In this document: positions 1 to 14,022 of the stretch, in pieces | Position numbering within the stretch: position 1 is the stretch's first letter | How the letters are laid out: every line of letters starts with the position of its first letter | Origin: Hemiscyllium ocellatum | Lineage: Eukaryota | Direction: 5' to 3' | DNA length: 64,000 nt | Assembly: GCF_020745735.1 (NCBI RefSeq) | Contig: NC_083424.1 | Location: 48,594,999-48,658,998 of the forward strand | Translations under genes and position numbers: made by a program | Notes under the pieces: model-generated | The model's database searches: none | Told to the model about the DNA's origin: nothing | What the model saw: the letters and a program-made list of their open reading frames with translations, nothing else

Positions 1-2524
1 TGACCAGGGTAGCATTCATCCTGATTTTTATGTAGAGGACTTACCTGGGCAATTGTCCACATTGCTGAGTAAAAGCTACTCTTGTAGCTGTACTGTAATA
101 TGTTGACTAAAGGCACTACAAGTTTTGGAGTACAAGTCTTCAGCACAATTGCCTGAATCATCTCAGGGCCATTGACATTGCAGTACCCAGTGTCTCCATC
201 AGTTTCATGATATCATGTGGAATGAATCAAATTGGCTGAAATCTGACATCTGTGATTCTGTGACCTCTAAAGAAGGCCGAGATAGATCACCCACTCAGCA
301 CTCTCAGATGAAGGTTGTTACGAATGCTTCAGCATAATGAATTGCACTAATTTGTTGGACTGTTCAATCAGTGAGGATGGGATGTTAGTGGAGTCTCCAC
401 CTCAATGAGTTATTTAATTATCTACTATTATGGACAACTGGATGTGGCAACAGTGCACAGCTTACACCTGAACCGTTAATTGTGAGATCACGTAGCTCTG
501 TCTATCACTTGCAGCTTATGCTGTTTGTCAATCAATTAGTCCTGACTTGGAGTATCATTGGGTTGACACCTCATTTTGAGGTATTGTGATTTGCTCCTGC
601 CATGTCGTACTGCAATCTTCATTGAGTGGAGGCTCGTGCCAAATGTAAGAGATCTGAAGTATTTCGGTAAAACAACATCCTGGCCAGGTCAGTCTCATGG
701 ATCATACTAAGCAGATAACATCCTGGATACTACCATTTTCTGGTATGTCATGTCCTACCAATAATTGCAGCTGAGGTGATGGTACCACATAGTATGCAGT
801 CAAGAGGGAGTTTCTCTTAACAACATGAACAGTTGTTTAAGTCTTTAACAGTTAGTTCTAATTCCATGAAATCTCATAACATCATGAGAACGATGTGCAA
901 GGCTATCTCCTGTTAATTCTCTTGTAACCTTTCTCATCTATCCCCACCATGAATCAAGTAGCCCCCATTTTGACTTCATTTAAATGATGAATTGAATGTG
1001 GCAAAGGCACAGAACGGATTCATGCTGGGCTGCTTTAATATTACTAACCAGAAGTGGATCTGTGGCGCCACTGTTGCTTGAGCTGGCCAAGTCCTAAACG
1101 ATATAACTGGTAGACTAGGTCTGTTGCAGGCGGTCAGGGAACTAAGGGAGAAACACGTATAGATCCCATCGTCAACACTTTACCTTTAACTGACATATCT
1201 GTCCACAACAACTTTTATAAGAGACGCAGTCCTTGTGAAATCGATGCCACTCTTTATGCTAAGGATACCATTTACCCTGCTATATGATCCAACAAATGTG
1301 GGGAAATGGTATTAGTTTTGATCACTAACTCAGGACTGAGCATCTGTGTGTCTGTATGGACCATGAGAAGCAGCAGAATTATATTCAATCAGAATCTGTA
1401 ATGTGATTTTTAGCAGTTTGACCCAGCATATCTCCTTTTCTCCGAACAATATCAAGTCAGGAGATCAACTCTCACATAATCCAGAATTCAACAGAGCCAA
1501 AGCTAGCACCTTGCATACCTAAAGAAAAGGTGTCAACGTAACCAAACCACTGCACAAGACGGCGTTCATGCCACGTATTGTAGGAAACACGTGATTGACA
1601 TAACTAAACAATATCCCAACTAACTGAGCAAATCGAAGCTCTGAAATCCAAACATATCTAGCCCTGAATGATTTTCGACAGCTAAACAACTAACTGGAGG
1701 ATGTCAGATCATAAATAGCCCCACCTTTAGCCTGATGATCAGTGTAAATTATTATGGCAATGCATCTCTCATCAAAAGCATGTACTTGACAGTCAATCTC
1801 AGTCTCATTCTGAAGTTCTTAGCGTCACATATGATAGTCATCCGTCAATTTTATTTACTCTGTGTGAGATCAAATAATCGATCACTGTCACATGTCCCCA
1901 AAGGGTTAACTGAAAAGTTTATAAGTGGTCACTTACAACGCCCTGTCAGGTACAAAGATACATAGTTACAATCCCCAGTTACAGATTAGAGAAGAAAACA
2001 GTTACATTACAGCTGTACAGTGTGATAATAGGCCAGAAAAAAAGCAAGAGAAAATGTTAGAAAGATAAACATCACAGTTGCCCTTCGAAGGCTCTCCGCA
2101 GCAGTCCAATGCAGGGGGCCTCCAAGTGGTTTGACTGCTGGCTGCTGACAGGCTCCACACTGGGCCGTTATCTCCACTCGGCACTGAGCCGCTGATCACT
2201 AGCGTCCCCATTCTGCCTGCTGGTCGCAGGCATTCCCGTTCCTTCCGCTGGAGTCTCAGCTGCCCCTGCTTTGGAAGCAGGGAGTGGGAGGCCGAGTAAC
2301 CAAGACTGAGAGAAGGGAGAACAGAGGGAGAAAAAATGAAAAAAGAGTATGTGGAGCGGGAGAGCTCCGGCTGGAGATTCCCACTCCGCCGCTATTTTAC
2401 TGTTTGGCTGAAAGAACAGGATATAGGAAAGTCAATTGGCTTTGAGAATATTTCGACAATAGTATGTTTTTAAAAAAATAATACGGACCCCATCCCAGGG
2501 TACGCTGTTCTAGTATAGCTGGAA

Positions 2525-3265
2525 CAATCCTCGATCCATGCCAGTAGCTCACCTCGAACACCATGGGCCCTCACCTTACTCAGCAGCCTCCAGTGTGGCA
2601 CCTTATCAAAGGCTTTTTGAAAGTCTAGATAGACCACATCCACTGGGTTTCCCTGGTCTAACCTATTTTTCACCTCTTCAAAGAATTCTAACAGGTTTGT
2701 CAGGCACATCCTACCCTTTCTGAATCCATGTTGACTTGTTCTAATCCGACTCTGCTCTTCAGAGAATTTAGAAACCTCATCCATAACGATGGATTCTAGA
2801 ATTTTACCAACAACCGAGGTTAGGCTAATTGGCCTATAATTTTCTATCTTTTGTCTTGATCCTTTCTTGAACAATGGGGTTACAACAACGGTCTTCCAAT
2901 CATCCGGGACTTTCCCTGACTCCAGTGACTTTTGAAAGATCTCAACCAATGCCTCTGCTATTTCCTCAGCCATCTCCCTCACAACTCTAGGATGTAGCCC
3001 ATCGGGGCCAGGAGATTTGTCAATTGTAAGACCTTTTAGCTTTTCTAGCACTATCACTTTTGTAATGGCAACCATACTCAATTCAGCCCCCTGACTACCT
3101 TTAATTGTTGGGATATTACTCATGTCTTCCACTGTAAAAACTGATGCAAAGTACTTATTAAGTTCTCCAGCTATTTCCTTATCTCCCATCACTAGCCTTC
3201 CAGCATCAGTTTGAAGTGGCCCAATGTCTACTTTTGCCTGTCGTTTGTTTTTTATGTATTGAAAG
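2525..3265 (-). mobile_element. CR1 LINE ORF2 fragment (RT N-terminal part), cut by the deletion breakpoint at 2525
   Basis: ORF 2470-3192(-) has FASVFT, KSPGPDGLHP, NYRPISLTSVVGKILE, QHGFRKG and VYLDFQKAFDKVPH, typical of CR1 RT. Confidence 0.93.
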
Positions 3266-4134
3266 AAAGAAATATTCTTGATGTGTGGCTTTTACAACGG
3301 GCTGTATTTAATCTTCATAATCATGAGAATAATTTTGTGTAATGAAAAAAAATTAAAGTAACAGTGAACATTGATGTAGTCTGAAACATGACCTTAGGAC
3401 AATCAATGCAATCAAAGTTAATAAATGACTCCTGAGCAGCAATGCATACCATCTACAAGATGTACTGTAGATAGTCACCAAGGCTCCATGTGCATTCACT
3501 TCGAAACCCTCCACCAATGCTACTAATAAAGACAAGAACAGCAAGGGAATACCAGCACATGTAAGATCCACTCCAAGACACTCACAATCCTGACCTGGAA
3601 ATATACCGCCGTTCCTTGATTGCCACTGGGTTAATATCCTGAATCTCCCTCCCTAAGTATGTCACGAGACATAGCACGAGAACTGCAGTAGTTCAAAAGG
3701 CCGTTCACCACCACCTTGTCACGGGCAACTAGGAAAGGCCAATAAATGCTTGCCAGCTAGAGACAACACATTTCTCAGCGAGTTCACAAAAAGTACTTCA
3801 GAAGAGCAGACTTCGCTGTAAAGTAAGAACGCGGCAGGCCAGTTGAACACAGTAAGGATCACTAAACAACCACATTATAATGAGCAGATTGTTTTATCGA
3901 TATTGATTGGCAGATAGATTTTAACAGTGCAGATATAAACTTACTATTTGCAAATTAAAGTTAGATCGGGGATATTAATATCTAAGGTAGATGTAATCGG
4001 TTATTTGTTGGAAAATATTTTCTTTTAGTGACATATTATCTTTTGACACTCTGGCACCAAAAGATGTATTTGATTCTGGTACCTCAAATGCTTTAGGACA
4101 GTCCTGTGCAATGTGCCAGGGTATTCTCGATAAC

Positions 4135-4475
4135 AGGCGAAAGTAAGAACTGCAGATGCTGGAGATCAGAGTCTGGATTAGTGTGATGCTAGAAAAGCAC
4201 AACAGGTCAGGCAGCATCCAAGGAGCAGGAAAATCGACATTTTGGGCAAAAGCATTTCATTAGGAATGCTAACTCTGATTTCTTCTCACGGATGCTGCCA
4301 GATCTGCTGTGTTTTTCCAGCAATTTCTGTTTTTGTTCCATTTCGATTCCAGTGCTGAAGAAGGATTATAGGACTTGAAACGTTAGCCCTGTTTTGTCTC
4401 CAGAGATCTATCAGTCTTTCTGTGCTTCTCAGGCAATTTCTGCTTTAGTTTGTCTCAGATTTTCAGCATTCGCAC
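4135..4475. mobile_element. Composite of Penelope-like terminal-repeat (pLTR)-derived short repeats
   Basis: ctgcagatgctggag...gaaaagcac...ggtcaggcagcatcc motif, also seen at the terminus of the GIY-YIG element at 14023. Degenerate CTGAAGA...GAAAC core at 4355-4381. Paralog at about 51855-52195. Confidence 0.65.
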
Positions 4476-4490
4476 TTCATTCCTTTCGAC

Positions 4491-6575
4491 CATAAGACCA
4501 GAAGTCTTATGAGCAGAAATTAGCCCATTCAACCCAGTGAGCCTGCTCCACGATTCAGTCGTGGTTGATAGGTTTCTCAACCCCATTCCCCCGCTTTCTC
4601 CCTGTAACCCTTGATCCCCTTAACAATCAAGAACCTATCTATCTCAGTCTTAAATATATTTAATAATTTGGCCTCCACAGACTTCTGTGGCGATAAATTC
4701 CACAGATTCGCCAATGTCTGGCTGAAGACGTTTATCCTTATCACAGTTCTAAATGGTCTTCCCTTTACTCCATGGCTGTACCCTTGGGTTCTAGTCTTTC
4801 CTACCAATGGAAACATCTTCTCAACATCTACTCTGTCTAGGCCATTCAGTATTCTTTATGTCTCGATTAGTCCTCTCTTCATCCTTCTAGACTCCATTGA
4901 GTATAAAATCAGAAACCTCAAATGTTTCCCATATTCTAAGCTTTTCATTCCTGGGACAATTATCATGAAGCTTCTCTGAATGAACTCCAGAGGAATAGAT
5001 CCTTCCTGAGATTTGGCTCCAAAACATGCGTCTTGTAGAGCCTACGAAGTACATCCTGCTTTTATATTCAAGTTGTCTCAAAATAAATGCCATCATTGCA
5101 TTTGCCTTCCGAACTACTGACTCAACCTGCAATTTTACCTTGGGAGAATCCTGGACTAGAACTCCCAAGTCTCTTTGCACTTGAGACTTCTGAATTTCCT
5201 CCCCATTTAGAAAATAGTCCACGCCTGTATTCTTCTTACCGAAGTGCATTACCTCACACTTTCCCACGTTGTACTGCATTTGCCATTTCTTTGCCCACTC
5301 TCCTAACCTATCTAAATACATCTGCGCCCTTCCCACCTCCTTAATGTTACCTTTCCCTCTATCTATCTTTGCATAATCTGAAAACTTAACCAGAACGTTC
5401 TCAGTTGCTTTATCTAGATTATTAATGTATAAAGTGACAAGTTGTGATCCCAACACTGAGACTTGTAGAACATGCATTGTCACTGGCTGTCATCCTGAGA
5501 AAGAGCCATTTCACCCCACTCTCTGCTTCCTGCCAGACGGCCAAGCTTCCATGCATTTAATATCATGAGCCCTTATCTTACTCAGTAGTCTCCTGTGCAG
5601 CACCTTGTCAAAGGATTTCTTGAGGTCCAGGTAGATGCCATCCATTGGCTTTCATTGGGCTAATTTCTTCATTACTTCCTCAACGATTTGTCAGGCATGA
5701 CCTTCCTTTGATGAAACCATGTTGACGTTGCCGTATTTTGCCACATATTTCCAAATATTCAGAAATCTCATGCTACCCAAAACCATTGTTAGACTAATTA
5801 GTCTTTAATTTTCCTTACTCTCCTTTAGACAGGGATATCACCTTAATGATTTTCCAGTTTTCTGGGACTCGCACGGATTCTAGTGATCCCTGAAATATCA
5901 TCAATCACACCACCATTATCTCTTCAGTTATCTCCCCTAGAATTCTGTCCACCTGGTCCAGATGGTTTATCCATCTTCAGGCCATTCAGTTTTTCTAGCA
6001 CCTTCTCCTCAGCTCTGCCCGCTCAGTCGCTTGAATTTTTAGAATATTACTAGCGTCTTACACCGTGGAGACTGCCACAAAGTAATTGTTCAGTTACTTT
6101 GTCATTTCCTTGTTCCCCACAATATCTCTCCAGCGTCATTTTCTAGCGGTCCAATGTCCTCTTTTGCCTCTCCTTTGCCCTTTATATGTTTAAGGAAACT
6201 CTGACAATCTTCCCTTATATTACTGGTTAGGTTACCCTTGTATATAATCTTCTCTCTCCTTTTGTTTTGCTGCCCTCTTGCTGACCTTTGTAATCTTCCC
6301 AATCATTGGCTTTCCCACTGCCCTTCCCCGCGTTATGTCCTCTCCCTTTTGCTTTCATGCTATCCATGTCATCCCTAGTCAGCCATGGTTGCCTCATTCT
6401 CGTTGTAGCATGCTTCTTTTCCCTCGGGGTGAATTTCTGCTGTGTTTCCTGAATTACTCCCAGAAACTCCTGCCATTGCTGTTCCAATGTCTTTCCTGCT
6501 AGGTTCCTCTCCCAATCTATTCTACCCACCTGCTCCCTCATGCCTCTGTTGTTGACTTAATTCCGCTATAATACA
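4491..6575 (-). mobile_element. Degenerate CR1 LINE 3' portion
   Basis: ORF 4887-5483(-) GSVLG..YINNLD..KFSDY..KCEVMHFGKKN; upstream W.RNLAGK..PWLT linker; ATAAGACC-type tail at 4491. Confidence 0.88.
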
Positions 6576-9139
6576 TTTATGTGAATGTGAGTGACTCCAA
6601 ATAAGGAGTGCAGACTTGTGTGTACAAGTTTGCTGCTCTAAGAGTAATTGAAAGTTGCCTGACTCTTTGATGGATATCCTATCAGTAGACTAAATATAAA
6701 AAATATAGAAGACGGAGTTCAATGGAAAAAAAACATGACTTATCCATTTTGAACCTGAGAGTAATGTAAACTAAACATTTACTTAATGTTGTGTCATGAG
6801 GAGCTGTGCACTCATGAATTGATATAATTGTCCATGAAACAAAAACGCTGAAATAAGGTGTACGAATGAAAATAGTGTGAATGCATTGCTGGTGTTGATC
6901 ACAAGATGATTGGAAAAAAGTATGTAGGAATACTACATCCCCAACACAGAAACTTAATCAGACAATATCTGGAATTACACCTTCAGAATTCGGCAACAAC
7001 ATGTTTTTACTTGTGAAAGGATAGAGCACAAATTTGTCTTGATTATACTTTTATTTTGAGTACTAAATTGTGCGCAAAGATTTTGAAAGACTATTAAGTT
7101 AGATGAATGTTTATATCAAAGTATTGCAAAGACGTTTTTGTTTTATCCTTCCGTTTTAAAATGGAGGAGTAACCTATTTAAGTATTTCAAATGTTCAATG
7201 AATGTCAGGCACAGAATGTCTACCTCAAATCGGATGCAAACCATTAAAAAAAATATACTTTTAAGTTGCTGTTAGGTCATCAAAGATAACTAATTATAGG
7301 ACCTTTTCAAAAGTTCATTTGATATAGCTATTGTATAAGAACACGTGAAGAAATATAGATGAAATAAAAAATGAGAACTCAGGATCAAATATGCTTTGAT
7401 TGACCAGCGAAAACAAACTGCCTATTTCCATGCTATTGTTTCTGTGCAATTATTAACAGTGAAAAACTGTCAATACACCAGAATATGGTTGCACTGTATT
7501 CACTGCCAACAATACGTGTTGATCTAATTTTAAATGCAGGTGGATGCAAAGCTTGAGAGGCATTTTCAATCACAATTATTCTGTCCTCTTTTGAAAAAAA
7601 CTGTTAATACATCAACAGTTTTTGCAGCCCACAAGCCACTCTCCATTGTTGTAGTAGTAGCCAAGAATTTAATCAGATAAACATGAGACCACTTCTGAAG
7701 TACAGCATTTACAGTTGTGGTCTCATTGCTTATGGAAAGACACACATGATTTACAGGAACTAAGATGAAGATTCGAAATACGTATTCTCCTTGAAAGAAG
7801 GGTGATGTAGAAATGGAATAAAATGGCCCTGCTTCCTAGCATTATAATAATGAGAGATGATCGCATCGAAGTACGTAAAATTCTCAAGCTGCTTGAAAGG
7901 TAGATGGCATGATGCTGCCTTAGGTGACAGCTGGATCTAGAAAAACAAGGACGGAACCTAGTCATGCATAATAGGTATGATGATATAGTTATTCATCCGA
8001 CAGCTTTGAATCTTTGGATGTTTACCCAACAGTGATAGGAATATTTAGAACTTCACGTACATTCAAAGCAGAAGTTTTGTATCCAGAAGGATTCATGAGA
8101 TTTGGGATAGGAATGAAAATCGAATTGAGTCAAAGAATATCATTATCATGTTCAAACGTGGACCAGTCTCGAGGTTTTGATTGCCCACTTCTATTCATTC
8201 TTATTTCTCATGTTAATTTTAAATGAAAATGAATCAGTCCTTTCTCGCTGTCAGCTGGTGCCACTGTTGATCAGTCTTAATTAAACAGCAGAGAGCATCT
8301 CTCACAGTTAAGGGCTGGTCCAAGGTTACACTTGCGAAAATAAACTCAACATAAGACTGGCAAACATGCCTTTTAGGATGGATTCAGTCACGCTTCCAAA
8401 ATGACACCATTTTCAGCTCCAGGCATTGAGTCAGCATTTCTTTTTCATCAACATGTGAAAATTGAATCAGATTTAGTGTTACAGATGTTCTGTATATTAA
8501 TTCTGACTTAAATTCTATTACGTTAGGGGTCATCCCATAAGAGTGACTCACTGTGAAGCAAAATACTTAAAAAGAGGAGATATTGCAATAAATGATTTAA
8601 ATATTTTTCACTTCACAATGTTCGTGCTGGTGTTTCCCTGTTAATGAAGCCGAATGACGTTGCTGGGATAGAATGATGATTAATTTTCAGTGCTCGACAG
8701 AATGCACATCATTACATACACATAAAACAAAGAACTGTGGATGCTGAAAATCTGAAACAAAAGAATGCTGATGAAACTCAGCACGTCCAACAGATCTGTG
8801 GAGAGAAAGCAGGGTTAACTTTTCAGATTCTTTAGTTCTCCACACTAATTATCTTAGCAGCAATGTCGTCTCTGCATTTATTGATATTTGTTTTCCATGG
8901 CAAACACAGAAACAAGGTATGGTTTAACTATTTTAATTGTATTCTGCGCCTCTGATGATGTATTCTGACACAGTGGCAGTGTCACAACCTCTGGGTCAGA
9001 AGTTCCCGACTCAAGTTCAAAAGGCCCCGGAGTGTTTCATAAAATGGCTAAACAGTTTGATTAAAATACATTCATAACGTAACATGTTACATCCTGTCAT
9101 CTTTTCTGATGGCGAGGAAAATTCCACTGGAATCGAGGA

Positions 9140-10570
9140 TAGGTAAATTAACTCTACTATTTAAAAAGAGGTAGAAAGGAACAGGTTTATAAACTGAATG
9201 GCCTAGCATTGGGGATGGGAACATTTCTAGAGTGCATATCAAATATTTAACACCAGAGGACTTGGAAAGTAGGTGAAGTACCAGAAAGAGTAAACGTGAA
9301 TTTACGAAAGGGAAACCAGGCCTCACAAATCTTTTGGGGGTTTTTGAGAATGTAACTAGTAATGTTGATTTGGTTTGGAGGTAGGCAACTGATATTGAAC
9401 TTTCAGTAATATTTTGATAAGATTCCACAGAAAAGATAAACTTATAAAGCGAATGTACTTGGGATTGGGTTAATGTACTGACGTGGATGGGGAGCTGGTC
9501 AGCAGGCATAAAGCAAAGAGGAATAAGTCGGCTATTTCCTGAGTGGCAAGCAGAAACTACAAGCGCACCATAGGGATCAGTGCCAATTCTCCAGCTCTAT
9601 CCGCAATTTAAGCATGATTTAAAACAGAGAAATGAAGGTAATCTCCAGAGGTTCACAGATGACACAAATTTGTGTGGGAGGATCAACTGTCAGGAGGTTG
9701 CCAAGATGCTTCGAAACAACTTGAACAAATTGTGTCTGTAGCAAAATGCATGGCAGGTAACGTTCGTTGTGGATAAATGTGAGGCTATTCACTTTTGTAA
9801 CAAAAACAGAAAGGCAAACTATTACCTAATCGGCTACAGACTGTAAAAGGAGGAAGGTGTACAAGACTTGGACGCTTTTGTAAACATTCGCTGAAAAGAA
9901 GAATGCAGATGGGGCAGGTAGTGAAGAAGGCAAATAGAAGTTGGCCTTCATAGCAACAGGTTTGGAGTACAGGAGCATGGACGATTTATTGCCAGTGTAC
10001 AGGGCCTTGGTAAGACCATAACTGGAGTAATGTGGACAGTTTTTTCTCCTTATCTGAGGAAGGATTACTGACTATTGGACGAGTGGATAAAGGTTTGCCA
10101 GACGGAGTCCTGAGACAGCAGAACTGCTGTTTGAACAGAATGAATCAGTTAGGACGATATTGACTGGAAGTGGGAGAAATGAGGGAGGATCTCATCCAAA
10201 TGTATAAATTTCTAACAGGAATAAAAATTGAACACAGAAAAGATGTTCTCGATATCTGGGGAGTCCAGTACCATGGGGTACAGCTTTTGGACATGGAAAA
10301 GGTTATTTAGAATGGAGGACTAAATAAATTCCTTCATCTAGAGAATGATGAGCCTGTTGAATTCTCTCCCACAGAAAGCAGTTGAAGTCTATTAATTAAA
10401 TGATGTCAAGAGGAGATAAATCTCGCTCTTTGGGAAGTTGATAGTTCTTAAAGGGATCTGACTGCATGGAGAAGAAGTGAGAATATGGTGCTAAGATGGT
10501 TGATAAGCCTGATCAGATTGAATGGTAGGGCAGTTTTGAAGAACTTACACCTGTTCCTATTTTCAATTAT
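9140..10570 (+). mobile_element. Old, heavily decayed CR1 LINE RT/3' region
   Basis: Broken motifs recognisable by eye (DDT-like, CEAIHF, YRALVRP.LE); paralog at about 56850-58300. Confidence 0.65.
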
Positions 10571-13500
10571 TTATGTCAATTATTATTTGCATGGGGTAGA
10601 GTGATTCTTGGGGTGCATTTTATATCAAATGCCATTCTGTTCTCATATCCACTCCTTGCCTGCCTTACTACACTTTTCATCTCTATTCTTAGCTTGCTGT
10701 ATTTGACATGATGTTTGGTTGAAGACTTAAATGACCTGTATTCTGCATCCCCTTTTAATCTATCTGTGGAAGCTAATGCTGCATTTTAATTTCTCCCTCC
10801 GGGTAAAGATATTGTCCCTAAAATCCTTTCTGTATTGATTAATTACGGCATTAGATTTAATGCCAATACAATTGGCCTCTTACACTGATGAGAACGTTTG
10901 CTCGAATAATATTTCAATTTTAGCAATCATTTTAACTGATATAAAGTGAATATGTTTTTAAAATGATTCTATTAAGACCAGCAAATGATTGCTGTTGAAA
11001 CCAATTTTATTAATCAATTTATTTACACTTGGAAGATAAATATATGCTCGCTGGTTACCAGAGTAAATGTTGCAAAGTCCGAAGTTCCCAATGCCCATTT
11101 GATTCTTGTAGAATGGTCATCGATGTTTTCAGTAAGAAATACCAAATAATTCCCAGAAATCAACTATTTGCAACTAAGTTCAGAACCCAAGAAGGCACTC
11201 CTGAAATTATCAATGCTGACGCAATTGCTACGGGATCTTTATGTGTCAACTGCTACTGCATTATTCTGTGCAAGGGGCACATTTTCTTTGCAAAATGTTT
11301 TTCTTTATGGAAATAACAAACTAAAATTGTTGCATTTTAAATCACAGTGAAGCAATTTAAATCCGGCATGTTGGCTGAAAACTCGGCTATAATTCCAACA
11401 AAAATACTTCGATTTATCTGAAAATGTACGTGACCTTCATTCCCTGCCACTTTCAAATACTCCCGACCTGATCTAAAACGTGCATTTTCCCTAACTGTAC
11501 AGAATACTCTCTGAATATAGAATATTCCTGCTGACATGCATTGGTAAACTAATTTTGGATTAAATGGAACACTAACCTACAGTTAGGATGTAAAACTTAC
11601 TCCTGACACATGGCTCATCATATTCATGAGTGAAGAATTTGAATTTATATTAAGCATTACTCTGGGGACTGATTCTGGAAAATGTACAGCAAAGATTATT
11701 TTGTGAGGATTTGGGTTCTCAAGCCTGTTCAAACTGCTGGATCAGATAACTTTATACAATTGTGCTGAAGGCATTGGAAAGAATATTAGCACAGAAGATC
11801 ACTGCGGATGCCGGAAATCACGAACTGGAGTTGTAAAAATCACATTTCTAATTTTGCACACTAAAACTGTTCCGGTCATTATGTGATTAGTTAAAATCCC
11901 TTGACACTACTGCCTTATTATTCTGACAAGGTCAGAAGTAACTAGATACCAGATTATTGTCCAACACGTTTATTTGAATTCACAAGCTTTCGGAGCAGTG
12001 CTCCTTGATCAGGTGCCTGTTAACTCCCATTTCTCAAGAATCCCCAACTCGTATTACCTTTCTATAGTTCATCGTCCCTGATCAGTTACAAACGAAGAGA
12101 ACGTTGAAATAACATTGACCAAGATGTCAGAAGGTTGTTGAAACACTAAAGCAGCATGATAGTCACAGTTACTTGAATAGTTTTAGATTAATTAAGCAGG
12201 ACAAGCGGTGATCTTTTAGTAGATCTGGTAAACTAACTTTGTTGTTTTTGTTTACTAGTTTATATAGTGTTGTGTGGTGCTCATGAAATTCAAAATGACG
12301 TTCCATGAAGAGACTCACACAAGAGATTTTTTCACAAACCTAACGCTCATGGAATGGAAATTTGTTTAATCAAAGTTAGTTAAGTAAGAAGAGAGAGACT
12401 CTTGGGGATTGGTTGGACGTAAGGATGGCCGAGAGGTCGTTAGTAGGATCATTGCATCGGTTGATCCTTTTCATTGGCCTGAACATGGGGGCAAAATTGA
12501 ACATTTACAGGTGCGAGAAAACGCTGAGGTATTTGGAATTGTGAAAAGTATATGATAGATTTCAAGAAATTAGGTTATTTCAGAAAATAGTTGACAATGG
12601 TGAGTAACATTCGTGCCCTGCAAAGTCTAAGCAATGATGATTTCCAGAAGGAGGGAGTCTAAAAATCGCACCTTGACATTCAATGGTATTGCCACTATTG
12701 TATCACTCACTATTAACATCGCATAGACTTTCTTTGAACAGAAATTGAACTGGATTAATGACGTTAATACTGTGGCTTCAACGATGCTATGAATCCTGCA
12801 TCCAGTGACTCATCACCCAACTACCCAAAGCATGTTTGTTATCTACAAGACACAAATCACGAGTGTGGGGGAAAGCTGTCCCTTTGCCTGGAGAGTTTCA
12901 GCTATTGGAAAATGAAGAGCATGAAAGCTTGGGAAGGATTAAAGTATGAAGACCACTGGCGATCAGTTGCAAGGGGTCTGTGGAATGCTAACCAGTCAAA
13001 GGACTACTGTGGCAGGGTGGGATAAGGATAGTGGAATGCTCCTCCACCAATTAGTAGAGTACGGTTGAGGCTGAAAGGTCATTATGGCGGGATGAGATAA
13101 CAACAATTTGTAAAGTCTGCCTCGCCTGCTAAATGTCATCACGGCAGCTTGAGACAGGTCGTGACAATATTTATTTAGGACATGGCAGTAAATATTTAAT
13201 TAATAGTTAGTCGAGTCAGTCTGCTTGAGACCCTTGACAGTAAAATATCTAATCCTGACATTAGAACAATATTAAATAGGATCTGGGATGGAAGACCATT
13301 GTTACAGAGGTAGCAGTAAAATATCTAATTATGACATTAAACTAATATTAAGTAGAATGTAGGAAAAACCATAGTGGCAGAAGTAGAGTAACGTTGGTTT
13401 ACTGTGTAGTTGGAGTGAGGTAATTCTAACTAACACAGTTAGACATGCTGATAAGCTAAAAAAAAATCAAAAATGTTGTAAAGAGCCAAAGACCTTAAGG

Positions 13501-14022
13501 ATTTGGGGGCATTCAAGAATTTGTTTTCTGAGTGTCATGATTTTTTGTTTGCAAATAAAAGACCTACTCCTTGAAGAACTCTCTGCATCTCCTCGTGATT
13601 CTCTACATTTTGTCCACGACAAGCTCCAGCATCACACAAGCAGGTCAACACCAACCAAAGCAAAACAACCTACTCAACTGCCACCATATCCTCAAATATG
13701 CACTCCCTGTATGATTGAAGCACAGTTACTTTTGGATAGTATCTTCCAAACCGACAACCACTTGCTCTAGAAACAGAAAGATAGCAGGCACACCAACACA
13801 TCAACAAATGAAACCTTCCCCCTGAACCACCCACCATCCTGACCTAGTAATGTTTTACTTTTGTTTCACTGTTACTAAGTTGAAAGCCTGAAATTTTCCT
13901 GCCAACACATTGCAGGTGTAATTCATACTTGGACTGCAGGTGTTCAAGATGTCAACACACCACTACCTTCTCAAAGGCAATGAGGAATAGTCAATAAACG
14001 CCAGTAAGCAACATGCATATAC

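Noticed and set aside
2906-2915. Perfect NF-kB site GGGACTTTCC
   Set aside because: It lies within CR1 coding sequence, is not conserved in the paralogous copy (near 50620), and is 23 kb from the promoter.
8969-8975. RSS-like heptamers CACAGTG (8969, 11343) and CACTGTG (24724, 48543)
   Set aside because: No nonamer at 12- or 23-bp spacing in the cases checked, and no adjacent V or J segment.
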